DNA of 63,276 nucleotides, the filler included, from Pseudobdellovibrionaceae bacterium (GTDB lineage Bacteria > Bdellovibrionota > Bdellovibrionia > Bdellovibrionales > UBA1609): the NCBI GenBank assembly GCA_030591685.1. It is 7 parts of 7 records of this genome, joined end to end, with 100 filler letters (N's around TTAATTAATTAA, not from the genome) between each part and the next. Parts side by side here need not be neighbours in the genome. Positions count along the whole stretch, not along the records: positions 8,404 to 31,255 come from JAUVAX010000033.1; positions 31,356 to 40,908 come from JAUVAX010000064.1; 5 more parts are not named here. One strand, written 5' to 3'. The position numbers and the translations under genes are program-made. Positions 21,928 through 31,483 of the stretch are shown here, piece after piece. The notes under the pieces were generated by a model. That model was given only the letters and a program-made list of their open reading frames with translations, did not search any database and was not told the DNA's origin. Position 1 is the stretch's first letter. Each line of letters begins with the position of its first letter.

Positions 21928-22491
21928 ATGGCATTCACACTTACTCTAAGGAGGTTTGCCTTCAATGAGACTCAAGCACGTTCATTGGTTCTAAACTCAA
22001 GTTACGAACCCATTAAAATTGTTAATTGGCAAAAGGCCATTTTGCTTTGGCTCACTAATAAAGTAGAGGTTTTAGAGTTTCATGCCACTCAGAAGGTTCG
22101 TAGTGCTCATGATAGTTTTAAACTACCAAGTGTTCTACGTTTACACAGGTATATCCATAAAAAACACTTTCAGGGCATAAGGTTTTGTCGAGAAAACGTA
22201 TACCTTCGCGATGAATACAGGTGCCAGTATTGCGGAGAGAGTTTTTCCTATAAAAAGCTCACCCTTGATCATGTACTGCCCCTTTCAAGATCAGGGGCTC
22301 ACTCATGGGGCAATGTTGTTGCTGCATGCAGCCCTTGCAACAATTTAAAGGCTGATAAAACCCCTAAAGAGGCCCGCATGCCACTTTTAAATAAACCCCA
22401 TAAACCTAAATTTTTACCCATAAAAGTTTTAGATAAAAATCAGCATTCAATTTTGCAAGAATGGGGCCCCTACATTAGTGGCTGGGGTTAG
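21928..22491 (+). CDS. HNH endonuclease (LVLNxSYEP-type, Zn-binding)
   Basis: LVLNSSYEP, PSVLRL, RDEYRCQYCG, TLDHVLP, NVVAACSPCNNLK; start uncertain (see findings). Confidence 0.9.
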   Translation: MAFTLTLRRFAFNETQARSLVLNSSYEPIKIVNWQKAILLWLTNKVEVLEFHATQKVRSAHDSFKLPSVLRLHRYIHKKHFQGIRFCRENVYLRDEYRCQYCGESFSYKKLTLDHVLPLSRSGAHSWGNVVAACSPCNNLKADKTPKEARMPLLNKPHKPKFLPIKVLDKNQHSILQEWGPYISGWG

Positions 22492-23339
22492 CTGATTGAG
22501 CTAAAGAAAAGTTTCATTTTTTTATCAACACCCACTATTTTGTGCCCCGCCATTTGAAGCCAAATGTTTTCACCACTAAGGGGTTCACTTGAAAAAATAA
22601 GATGATTAACCACCCCGTCTACACTCACAGCCTCACAGCTCTGCGAATAGGCCGCACAAATCTTGCTATCGCTACACTTTGTTTTATATGTTGAATAATA
22701 TAAAGGCTGACCGCCTTGGTGAGCTAACATTAAATCACCATTTGTTAATACAAAAGTTAAATAATTATGGTTTGTTTTTATTTCAGAGTCTTCAAAGTCA
22801 CAAGGTCCCGTGATAGAAATAATTTTTTTTACGGCACTTTTCATACAAACGCTAAGGTCACTAATTGATATGTTTTGATCGCTCAAACCATGACTTTTAC
22901 TTATTTCAGACAGTAGTACGTAAAAAATAAGTTCTGAGTCGGTGTCTCCTAATATAAACTTTTTTAAATTTTCATTAATCAGCTCTTTAATTTCAGTTTT
23001 TTTTAGCTCTAAGTTTTTTAAATGCCCATTGTGCGCAAAAATCCACGGGCCATACTGAAAGGGGTGCGTATTTAAAATATTTTTATCGCCCTGAGTGGCT
23101 CGCCTTAGGTGGGCGATCACAGTTTGAGACGAAACTAAGCCTGATACTTTTTGAAAAAGTCGGTCCTCTATGGCTGTTTTTTCTGATTTAATAACATGTG
23201 GGGCCTTCTCTAAATAATAAGCCACACCCCATCCGTCGGGGTGGGCTGTGCTCTGAGAGCCTAGCGCATTTTCAGCGTGTATTAAGCTTGTATGCACTTG
23301 AGACTGTATGACAGACCTGAAACCAAAGATTCTACACAT
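22488..23339 (-). CDS. Class II glutamine amidotransferase (YafJ/EgtC-like)
   Basis: N-terminal MCR, DGWG, AHLRRAT, NTHPF, FAHNG, GDTDSE. Confidence 0.92.
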   Translation of the reverse strand: MCRIFGFRSVIQSQVHTSLIHAENALGSQSTAHPDGWGVAYYLEKAPHVIKSEKTAIEDRLFQKVSGLVSSQTVIAHLRRATQGDKNILNTHPFQYGPWIFAHNGHLKNLELKKTEIKELINENLKKFILGDTDSELIFYVLLSEISKSHGLSDQNISISDLSVCMKSAVKKIISITGPCDFEDSEIKTNHNYLTFVLTNGDLMLAHQGGQPLYYSTYKTKCSDSKICAAYSQSCEAVSVDGVVNHLIFSSEPLSGENIWLQMAGHKIVGVDKKMKLFFSSIS

Positions 23340-23362
23340 ATTAAGTCTTTTACTAGTTTAGG

Positions 23363-23866
23363 TTATTTAATGATTTTAACTGAATTAATAACAACGTCCT
23401 CTACGGGGCGATCCATTTGACCGGTCTTAGTGAGGCCAATTTTTTTAATCACATCCATGCCGTCTGTCACTGCTCCAAAAACAGTATGGCGATTATCAAG
23501 GTGAGGAGTCGGCTCAAGGGTAATAAAAAATTGACTGCCGTTTGTGTTGGGTCCAGCATTGGCCATAGACAGGATGCCTGCTTTATCATGGGTTAACTCG
23601 GGGTGAAATTCGTCTTCAAACTGATAGCCTGGGCCACCGGTGCCTGTCCCTAAGGGGCAGCCCCCTTGAATCATAAAGTTCTCTATAATTCTGTGAAAAA
23701 CAAGGTTGTCATAATAGTTGCCCTTAGTCTCATCACCTGTTTTAGAGTCGGTAAAACTTTTAGTGCCCTCGGCTAAGTCGATAAAATTTTTCACCGTTTT
23801 TGGTGCCTGCTCTGAAAAGAGCTTAATTTTAAAATCCCCCATTGAAGTACAAAATTCAGCGATCAT
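23363..23866 (-). CDS. Cyclophilin-type peptidyl-prolyl isomerase
   Basis: FHRIIENFMIQGG, SMANAGPNTNGSQFFIT; AAGGAG RBS points to ATG 23866. Confidence 0.95.
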   Translation of the reverse strand: MIAEFCTSMGDFKIKLFSEQAPKTVKNFIDLAEGTKSFTDSKTGDETKGNYYDNLVFHRIIENFMIQGGCPLGTGTGGPGYQFEDEFHPELTHDKAGILSMANAGPNTNGSQFFITLEPTPHLDNRHTVFGAVTDGMDVIKKIGLTKTGQMDRPVEDVVINSVKIIK

Positions 23867-24053
23867 GGTCGTCTCCTTTATTAAATCAACACTCACGCCT
23901 AAACAGTGGCTAACATGCTGATATGATTAAAAATAACTTAAACTAGGGCCAAACCTAGTCGAGTTTAACTCTAAGTTCAACCATATAAAGATAACTCAAG
24001 TTTGTTTTATAAAAAATTTAGGAACTTTTTTTAAATCCGTTGTGATGGGGGCG

Positions 24054-25175
24054 TTAACGCTGCCCTGCTGCCCCATTACTATTTCCTGAGGTAGCCCCAG
24101 AAGCACCTTGCTTTTGATTGTCATTCAAACGATTACAAATATTTTCTATTGCTTTTATAAGGCGACAGGCCTGCTGAGGGCTGGGCTTAGTGCTTCCTCT
24201 AATGATCCCCTTGTTTTTCCATTCGTGAGGGTAGTAGATATTATATCCCCCCCCGACGCTTTCGAAATGCTGACCCAAATCATTAGATAAGCCCTCTGAT
24301 ATACTTCTCTTTTCAGAGCCTACATCTGAATCTGATTTATCATCAAAGTCGCTGAACAAGGACCGGTCCGGCTCTTTTTGAATCATTGCCTTTACTGTAC
24401 TTAAAAATCCTGTCAGAACATTACGTTCTTTGTCCAACATTTCAGGAGACTCGTCAGTGGCATTATATTGACCACTTATTTGAGCGTCCCCCTTTACAGT
24501 ACTTTTCTGCTCACTATTGTTTTTTATTCCGAGAACTTCTATGGGCTTATTCGTAAAGGAGCTAACTATACTTTCATACTGTGTCATATCTAAGTTTTTG
24601 CCGCACTCTCTCAACGGGTCTTTACTCTTTTTAATGAGGTCCGCCTTAAAGTCAGAGCAACTTGCTTTTTTAATACTTAAACATGTTAAATAATTCCGTC
24701 TAATAATCCCTGGGTTCATTTCTTCACAACGGGTATAGTACCTCAATTCACCGTTGGCCTCATAGACATACGAACTCACAGCTAGGTCATCATTTCCATT
24801 ATTTTTTTCATAAATAGTACAGCGGTATGAGCTGTCCTCATACGTGCGAATTGCAACGGTAGGTTCGTTTGAGTTTTTAAATACGATACCCTCTTTAACT
24901 TCTCCATACTGTATCTTTTTTACTTTGAAGTTACCGTCAGTAGCGGTCACGCCGATGACCGGCTCAGTAGCATTCTGACCTGCCTTCCGCCCTAAAGTCA
25001 TCTTATCAAATATTTCGTCACCCTTTGCTGGCACGGGGAACATACTTACACCCCAGTTAAGTTTTTGAGAGCATTGAAGTGAGGGCTTAGGGGCCGCAAA
25101 GCGAAAGCCCACTGATTTTGCAAACACTGGGGCCGTATATATCAGTAACGTAATGCTAAAAAAAATAATTCGCAT
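24054..25175 (-). CDS. Hypothetical secreted Cys-containing protein
   Basis: 373-aa ORF with signal peptide; no recognised motif. Confidence 0.7.
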   Translation of the reverse strand: MRIIFFSITLLIYTAPVFAKSVGFRFAAPKPSLQCSQKLNWGVSMFPVPAKGDEIFDKMTLGRKAGQNATEPVIGVTATDGNFKVKKIQYGEVKEGIVFKNSNEPTVAIRTYEDSSYRCTIYEKNNGNDDLAVSSYVYEANGELRYYTRCEEMNPGIIRRNYLTCLSIKKASCSDFKADLIKKSKDPLRECGKNLDMTQYESIVSSFTNKPIEVLGIKNNSEQKSTVKGDAQISGQYNATDESPEMLDKERNVLTGFLSTVKAMIQKEPDRSLFSDFDDKSDSDVGSEKRSISEGLSNDLGQHFESVGGGYNIYYPHEWKNKGIIRGSTKPSPQQACRLIKAIENICNRLNDNQKQGASGATSGNSNGAAGQR

Positions 25176-25339
25176 ACCTTAATTATAGCCTCTCATGCTC
25201 TAAAACGCCATAAATACTGGGTCCTCGTTAAAAAAATTAAAAACAGACCCTATCAAAAGGTCCAAATAAGTCATTTAAAGGTTTAGACCTCTCGCAAAAA
25301 AGGCTAGCTTTAGGTGAGTTAAAAAAAGGAACCGGCTGA

Positions 25340-26188
25340 ATGACCCGAACACTGTTAGTTATTATTTTTTGCGCCTCTTTAATAGCGTGTGACAATTCGA
25401 GTGATTTGCTCTCTGATGCCGTTACCGGAACTGTTGAAAGTGGGGTCTCAGCCCTCTCTGGAGTTATGGATGACCACAATGGGGCCACCCTAATCACCTT
25501 TGATAACGATAACTTCTCCGTGGTGGCGGCCTGCACAAGAGCTGCTGCAGCGGCCTGTGCCGGAAGTATAAAAACAGCGACTTACGCGGGCTGCACACTT
25601 GGGTCTTCATTTTTTACCGTAACCGGCAATACACAACTCACTTACTCGTCTGTTGGTGTTTGTGGCACGGGACTTTCAATTACAAACGATAGCGTCACCA
25701 GAGAGTACGACTACTCCATAACAGGCCCCGGCGGCGGGACACTAAGAGTGTTTAGTACCGCACAAACTGACTACAGAGGAAACTCCATTTCAGGTGGGGG
25801 CCGCCTCACTCGAACAGCCTCAGGGTGGAATGTAGAGCTTCTGGGTAAAAACAAAGTTCTTAACGGAGCCCTTGGGCCAGAGCTTATAAATTACTCTTTA
25901 CGAACAACCACGCCTGTAAACATTACTGGTGGCATTACCAGAGGCACGAGGGTCGCTAACGGCGGCGCACTTGAGGTTATACATAATAAATCCAAATTTA
26001 TTGCCACCCATACACTCACAGCCCTCACCTGGTCGGCCAGTTGTTGTCACCCTGTCTCTGGCTCCATTGAAACCACACTGTCTGGCTCAAAAACGGGCAC
26101 TATTAACACCACCTTTACCGGGTGCGGGTTAGCCACCGTCACAAAAGACAATGAAAATAAAAATTTAGTGTTTGATTATTGCGAGTAA
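25340..26188 (+). CDS. Thr/Gly/Cys-rich lipoprotein (beta-rich, surface-type)
   Basis: Lipobox LIAC; CHPVSGSI...FTGCG motif. Confidence 0.75.
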   Translation: MTRTLLVIIFCASLIACDNSSDLLSDAVTGTVESGVSALSGVMDDHNGATLITFDNDNFSVVAACTRAAAAACAGSIKTATYAGCTLGSSFFTVTGNTQLTYSSVGVCGTGLSITNDSVTREYDYSITGPGGGTLRVFSTAQTDYRGNSISGGGRLTRTASGWNVELLGKNKVLNGALGPELINYSLRTTTPVNITGGITRGTRVANGGALEVIHNKSKFIATHTLTALTWSASCCHPVSGSIETTLSGSKTGTINTTFTGCGLATVTKDNENKNLVFDYCE

Positions 26189-26195
26189 TTTATTT

Positions 26196-26948
26196 TTAAA
26201 AGAACAGCTTTAACCCTGCATAGGTCCCTGTTCTGGCAATAGTTGAGGTGGTGCCGCCCGCGTAGTCTTGCTTTTCTGTGTAAGCGCCACCAAAAATCCT
26301 TACAATTCCGTAGTCAATAAAAAGCTGGTACTGTGTTGAAGAGCCTGAAACTTTAACAGCTGCAGAGTTCGTTTTTTCTATTAAGCTCGTCTGGCTCATG
26401 AGCAGTCCAAAGTGCTTAATAAAATACAAGGTGAGGCTTATTTTATAAAAATTATTCTCATAGTTTTGAAGGTTTAAAACGGATTTGTCGACTCGGTTTT
26501 TAACCCCATAACTGAGCGTTAAATTGGTATTTTGATTGCTCGTACCAAGGACTCGAAGCAAAAACTCACCCTGCCAGCCTGTAACCCCTTCAGTTGAAGT
26601 AAAATTTTTATAATTCAAACCAACAATACTCGCAAAGGCATCAAAGGATATTAGCTCCTCATTAAACCCCTCTTTTACGGTGGGCCCCCCTTGGTTTAAC
26701 TCGCGATCAAAGGTGTTTTTTTGATACCCTAAAAAGAATTCATAAGTGTTGTCAGAGGTATGTAGTGCCAGCCACATGTCCATAAGCTTAAACCTCTGTT
26801 TGGTATCTAGCCACTCGGCAAGAGACCAGCGATTAAGCTCTTTTTGCTCTTTCTTTTTAACAATCAACTCAAAGGTCCCCTCGCTAAACTGTGCGAATGA
26901 TTGAAGACTAAATATAAATACCAAAAAAAGGGCCGAAAGGTGTCTCAT
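26196..26948 (-). CDS. Probable outer-membrane beta-barrel protein
   Basis: Signal peptide, amphipathic strands, C-terminal YAGLKLFF (beta-signal-like). Confidence 0.65.
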   Translation of the reverse strand: MRHLSALFLVFIFSLQSFAQFSEGTFELIVKKKEQKELNRWSLAEWLDTKQRFKLMDMWLALHTSDNTYEFFLGYQKNTFDRELNQGGPTVKEGFNEELISFDAFASIVGLNYKNFTSTEGVTGWQGEFLLRVLGTSNQNTNLTLSYGVKNRVDKSVLNLQNYENNFYKISLTLYFIKHFGLLMSQTSLIEKTNSAAVKVSGSSTQYQLFIDYGIVRIFGGAYTEKQDYAGGTTSTIARTGTYAGLKLFF

Positions 26949-27169
26949 GCGTAATCCTCCTGAGTGGTTAATTGTCTATTTATTTTATGTTCATGGCAAG
27001 AATTGCGTAAATACGACGGGCTTTAGGCCGAGGATCAACCCAGCCCGGGACATAGGCTCTGGACCTCCCTCATAACCGAGACTAACAGGTTTATATAAAT
27101 TTCAAAATACACTTTAAGCCACATTTTATAGTCTTTTTTTTGTTATACTCGAACCAAATATAAACGAAC

Positions 27170-28600
27170 TTGGAGTTTTCATTGCGCGCAGTTATTTTAT
27201 TCATATTTTTATTGGCCCCACTTTTTTGTTTTGCAGGACTTGAGTACAACGACCTTATTTTACAGGCCCAACAGCCTGAAATGAGCGATCAACAAAGAGG
27301 AGCTTACAGAAACCTCGCCACCCAAATATATAATGAAATGAACCCCTATTATGCCGAAGTTTGCACGGCCACTCAGTACCTCCCCCATGTACCAAGAGCC
27401 ACCAAAGGTGGCACGGGCGGACATGCCACCTTATTCTTACAGGGCGCGTGTTTAGATGAATCCTCTGAGTATCCGAAATTAAAAATGTGTGATGAGACAA
27501 CACCTCAGTCAGACCCCCATAAAGGCGTTGGGGTGAGTTTAAATTTAATGTTTTCAAATGTAAGATTTGTAGCCATCCCCGGAAGGGACAACTTTTTTAA
27601 AGGCCCTGAAAAATGGGGCCAAGCCATTACCCCTGAGGTTGTTGAAAAAACTAGAGCCTACTACTTTTCAAAACCCTGGCACAATAATATAAAAATAGCG
27701 AGTGAGGAGCGTGATGGCTGCTCCTGCATAAATTTTAAATGCCTACCCAATGAGTTAAAGCAGTGTCTCATTGATAAAAACACTGGTATTGATTTTGCGA
27801 TTTCTTATGCAAGAACCTCTTACTGTACAAAATTACCCCTGCCAAAGGAAGCTTTAGCAAAAATCGTGAGTCACTTGAATAAACAAAACACGCAGGCCTA
27901 TATTCAGGCAAAAAATGGCAAAAGGGGCTACAAGTACGATGTTTTGTTAGATAACTGTAGCCACTTAATTCATAACGCGTTAGCTTCAACAGGTTTTTTT
28001 GACCCTAAAAAACAACTCTCTTCAAACTTAATCAATAAGCTCAGAGCACTCCCCTCAGAATGGCTTGCGGACCTAGGGTTCACATACTTTACCGGTGGCG
28101 AATTTGGATATATGTCTGTACCTATACATAATTTTAATCGCATAGCGCAAAGATCTATTAAACTCCCCGTCAAAATCCCAGAACTTATGTGGAAAAACAA
28201 AGACGTTTCTAAAACCCTTAGTCGTTACTCTTGGATCCCCTCAGGCAGTGGAAACATGATTGAGGTCATAGGCATGAGAACAAATAACTCTTCTTTTGAT
28301 GAGGGCGAAGTGGGCGTTGGATTTCTTCTCGCAAAAGAAGACTTTGAACAGTTCACAAACCCTTATGATAGCGATTTTAAGCCCTACTATTCGGACCTCT
28401 GCCAAAACCTTCAGTTTCATAAAGACAACCTAAATACAGCCCTTAGCAAAACTAGCATGTGGCTCACAAGCTTATCATCAAAAATGAGATTTAATAAAAG
28501 GCAGTTTTATAAAACATATAACGAGGCCATAGGTATTTCACTTAGTAAAGTTAACGATGATTTAGATATCTACCGCAGCCACGGGTTTTCTTGCGATTAG
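27170..28600 (+). CDS. Secreted protein, possible permuted papain-like (DUF4105/PPPDE-like) thiol enzyme
   Basis: Signal peptide; GGHATLFL and YKYDVLLDNCSH in His-before-Cys order. Confidence 0.55.
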   Translation: MEFSLRAVILFIFLLAPLFCFAGLEYNDLILQAQQPEMSDQQRGAYRNLATQIYNEMNPYYAEVCTATQYLPHVPRATKGGTGGHATLFLQGACLDESSEYPKLKMCDETTPQSDPHKGVGVSLNLMFSNVRFVAIPGRDNFFKGPEKWGQAITPEVVEKTRAYYFSKPWHNNIKIASEERDGCSCINFKCLPNELKQCLIDKNTGIDFAISYARTSYCTKLPLPKEALAKIVSHLNKQNTQAYIQAKNGKRGYKYDVLLDNCSHLIHNALASTGFFDPKKQLSSNLINKLRALPSEWLADLGFTYFTGGEFGYMSVPIHNFNRIAQRSIKLPVKIPELMWKNKDVSKTLSRYSWIPSGSGNMIEVIGMRTNNSSFDEGEVGVGFLLAKEDFEQFTNPYDSDFKPYYSDLCQNLQFHKDNLNTALSKTSMWLTSLSSKMRFNKRQFYKTYNEAIGISLSKVNDDLDIYRSHGFSCD

Positions 28601-28774
28601 TATTTTCGTCTTTTAATCGACGAACATCAATAAACGATAAACCTTATATGCTTTACTGGCGACAAACTTGAGTGCATATAGTCGCCAATACATCGTCTTA
28701 ATTTCGCTACAAAAAACCTTTAAAATTCAACAAAAGGCGTGCGAACTCAATATTTATAATAGTACTTAAAAATA

Positions 28775-29374
28775 TTATTTATTTTTTAAAGAGGGGATGA
28801 GTTTTTTTAATGCCGAGACATAAAAACTATTTTCAACCCCCTGAACTCTTTGGGCTAAAATTTCTGGGGTATCACCGGGCAACACTTTAACTTGTGTTTG
28901 GGCAACAATGGAGCCCTTGTCATACTCGGCCGTGACAAAGTGTATCGTCGACCCTGTAAGCACATCCCCGGACTCTATAACAGCCTGGTGTACCCTCAAG
29001 CCATACATACCTGGCCCTCCAAATTTTGGCAAAAGTGCCGGGTGGATGTTTATAATTTTACCCTCATATAGATTTAGTACTTTTGGACCAACACGCCTTA
29101 AAAAGCCGGCCAACACAATTAAATCAATGTTATTGGCCTCTAGTAAATCAAGGGCTTTTTGGTCAAACTCATCGTACCCCTCTCTTCCGGCGTATTGAAT
29201 TACACAATCAGGGACCCCAAGCCTGTGAGCTCTTAAATTAGCGCCACACTCTTTATTAGTGATCAAAAGTGATATGTTTGCGGAGAGCTCTCCTGATCGA
29301 CATGCCGCGGCGATCGCTTCGAAATTAGTGCCCGACCCTGATGCAAACACTGCTATGTTAAAATTATTACTCAA
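28775..29374 (-). CDS. purN: Phosphoribosylglycinamide formyltransferase
   Basis: ASGSGTNFEA, LAGF, NIHPALLP, G.TIHFV..EYD.G. Confidence 0.95.
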   Translation of the reverse strand: MSNNFNIAVFASGSGTNFEAIAAACRSGELSANISLLITNKECGANLRAHRLGVPDCVIQYAGREGYDEFDQKALDLLEANNIDLIVLAGFLRRVGPKVLNLYEGKIINIHPALLPKFGGPGMYGLRVHQAVIESGDVLTGSTIHFVTAEYDKGSIVAQTQVKVLPGDTPEILAQRVQGVENSFYVSALKKLIPSLKNK

Positions 29375-29480
29375 AATACACCTACCATTTGCAAACGCTC
29401 TGTGAATCTAGCATAAAATAACTACGACAACAAAGCCGGATTTTTAGGCTGAAGAGCACGTAAACTAGGAGGGGGCTCGT

Positions 29481-30497
29481 TTGATATTCTCAAAACTTAT
29501 TTTTACTTCACTATTACTTTTAACACCCTTAGCCTCATTTGCTGATCTATCTATTAGGGTACAGTTAAGTGATATTTTTACGGCCCAAAAGGCCGCCACC
29601 TCTCACACTGCCTGGGAGTCACATAAAAACCACCCCAACCAGGCCCTTATACGGATTTTATCTAATAGCCCAAATAAGCAAGAGCTTTGTTTTGAACTTT
29701 TAAGGCTAAAAGTAGAAAATAAAATTTTACTATACAATACTTTTAAAGATAATTTTTTAACTTTACCACTACCTTGTTACACTCAGTTTTTAAATAAAAC
29801 CGAGTTTTATTTAAAAACCATCGCAGACAAACTGTCCTCCGGCCGTCGAGTACGCACGGTTAAATTAAATATACCTACCGAAATTATTGCACTAGATACC
29901 TCGGGCGGGCCAAGGCTTGTATATGCAGATTTACCACCAAAAACAATTGCTCTGACTTTTGATGATGGCCCTAGCCCTAAAACAACCCTTAAGTTGTTAG
30001 ACATACTTGACCGCCACCAAGTAAAGGCTAATTTTTTTAGTACCGGGCAAAACATCCAACGCTATAAAAAAATTACAGCTGAAATCGCCAAAAGAGGCCA
30101 CTTTGTTGGCAACCACTCTTGGTCGCACAGGCAAATGTCTAAAATGAAGTACAGTGAGGCTAAAAATGAAATTATAGACACCTTTGACCTTCTTGATCAA
30201 ATCATAGAAAACTGGGTCCCCTTTTTTAGATACCCCTACGGGGCCCGTTCAAAACGCGTCACTCAGTTTTTACAAAGCGAAAACGTACCTCAGTTTTTTT
30301 GGGCCATAGACACCCTGGACTGGAAGTATTCTGACCCTAAGTATCTTTTTAAATACGCACTAAAACAAATAAAAACTCAAGGGCGAGGGATTGTTTTATT
30401 TCACGACATTCAGCCCCAAACAATTGCCATAATGCCCGCCCTTTTGGACGCCCTCAGGCAGCAGGGCTTTAGAACTGTGGCATTTACGCCTCAATGA
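29481..30497 (+). CDS. Secreted polysaccharide/peptidoglycan GlcNAc deacetylase (CE4/NodB)
   Basis: TFDDGP, NHSWSH, FRYPYG, DTLDW, LFHD; signal peptide. Confidence 0.9.
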   Translation: MIFSKLIFTSLLLLTPLASFADLSIRVQLSDIFTAQKAATSHTAWESHKNHPNQALIRILSNSPNKQELCFELLRLKVENKILLYNTFKDNFLTLPLPCYTQFLNKTEFYLKTIADKLSSGRRVRTVKLNIPTEIIALDTSGGPRLVYADLPPKTIALTFDDGPSPKTTLKLLDILDRHQVKANFFSTGQNIQRYKKITAEIAKRGHFVGNHSWSHRQMSKMKYSEAKNEIIDTFDLLDQIIENWVPFFRYPYGARSKRVTQFLQSENVPQFFWAIDTLDWKYSDPKYLFKYALKQIKTQGRGIVLFHDIQPQTIAIMPALLDALRQQGFRTVAFTPQ

Positions 30498-31045
30498 ACA
30501 CTTCTGAAATAAAAATTTTTACTGTGTCCCTCCCAAAAACACAGCCCGATATTTATAACTCTGTGAGAGGTATTTTTTTTGAAACCTCTTCAAAAAAAAT
30601 ATTTACTGACGAAGCCCAAAAAGAAGCCTTCTTTAGGTGCTGGACTGACTATTATTTGTCAAAAAACTATTCAGGCTCTCTTTTAATTGCACAACAAAAT
30701 AATAAAATCTTAGGGTACTTAATGGGGTGCTTTAATAGTCAAACAGCACAGGTCTATTTTAACTCTCGCATCGCCAGTTATAATTTGTTTGCAAACTTGT
30801 TTAGTAAATACCCCGCACATTTACATATAAACTTAACACCCCTAAGCCAAGGCAAAGGTGTCGGAACAAAACTTTTACAACACTTTTTTAAAACACTTAT
30901 AAAAAATAATATAAATGGTGTTCACATTGTCACAGCACCCGAGTCTAAAAATATTAATTTTTACAAAAAAAATGGCTTTAATTTTACTAAAGTTGGTCAA
31001 CTTAAAAACTCTAGCCCGCTTTTCATGGGCAAACTACTGAATTAA
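30494..31045 (+). CDS. GNAT acetyltransferase (YPAHLHI subfamily)
   Basis: YPAHLHINL...QGKGVG...FYKKNGF; ATGA overlap with the deacetylase. Confidence 0.85.
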   Translation: MNTSEIKIFTVSLPKTQPDIYNSVRGIFFETSSKKIFTDEAQKEAFFRCWTDYYLSKNYSGSLLIAQQNNKILGYLMGCFNSQTAQVYFNSRIASYNLFANLFSKYPAHLHINLTPLSQGKGVGTKLLQHFFKTLIKNNINGVHIVTAPESKNINFYKKNGFNFTKVGQLKNSSPLFMGKLLN

Positions 31046-31255
31046 TTATTGTTTTAACACTAAAAAATACAGTTGACCCATATGGTGCTGTAATCGAGCT
31101 GCCTTTGCTGCGTACTTGCCCTCACCGTAGTAAAGGTCAACGCGAGCAGCCCCTTTTATGGCCCCGCCGGTGTCTTGATCAATCATAAAGCGAGAAAACT
31201 TCATAAATTTACTTTTTTTATTCACTGTGTTCGGGACTAGGCGCTCTGTTTGCAC
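31046..31255 (-). CDS. mltA: MltA-type lytic transglycosylase, C-terminal 3D domain fragment (truncated by gap)
   Basis: DQDTGGAIKG..RVDLYYGEG. Confidence 0.8.
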   Translation of the reverse strand: MQTERLVPNTVNKKSKFMKFSRFMIDQDTGGAIKGAARVDLYYGEGKYAAKAARLQHHMGQLYFLVLKQ

Positions 31256-31355
31256 NNNNNNNNNNNNNNNNNNNNNNNNNNNNNNNNNNNNNNNNNNNNT
31301 TAATTAATTAANNNNNNNNNNNNNNNNNNNNNNNNNNNNNNNNNNNNNNNNNNNN
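31256..31355. other. Artificial contig linker
   Basis: N44-TTAATTAATTAA-N44. Confidence 0.97.
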
Positions 31356-31382
31356 AAAGGTCATCCTCTGGTATTTGCCCAT
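31356..31382 (-). CDS. 5' stub of a gene running into the gap (MGKYQRMTF...), possibly mltA
   Basis: AGGAG RBS 6 nt before ATG 31382; frame open to the gap. Confidence 0.45.
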
Positions 31383-31483
31383 GTGCAACTCCTATCTTTT
31401 TGTTTAGCGACTAAAATAGGTACTAGATGGGTGACCTTTTTTCATTTCGCTAAGAGTTGCACTAGAAACTTGAATTCAGCCCG

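Noticed and set aside
21928..22491. HNH gene as IscB/HEARO or a Cas9-like nuclease
   Set aside because: Only 187 aa, with no PLMP or split RuvC motifs; it fits the stand-alone LVLNxSYEP HNH family.
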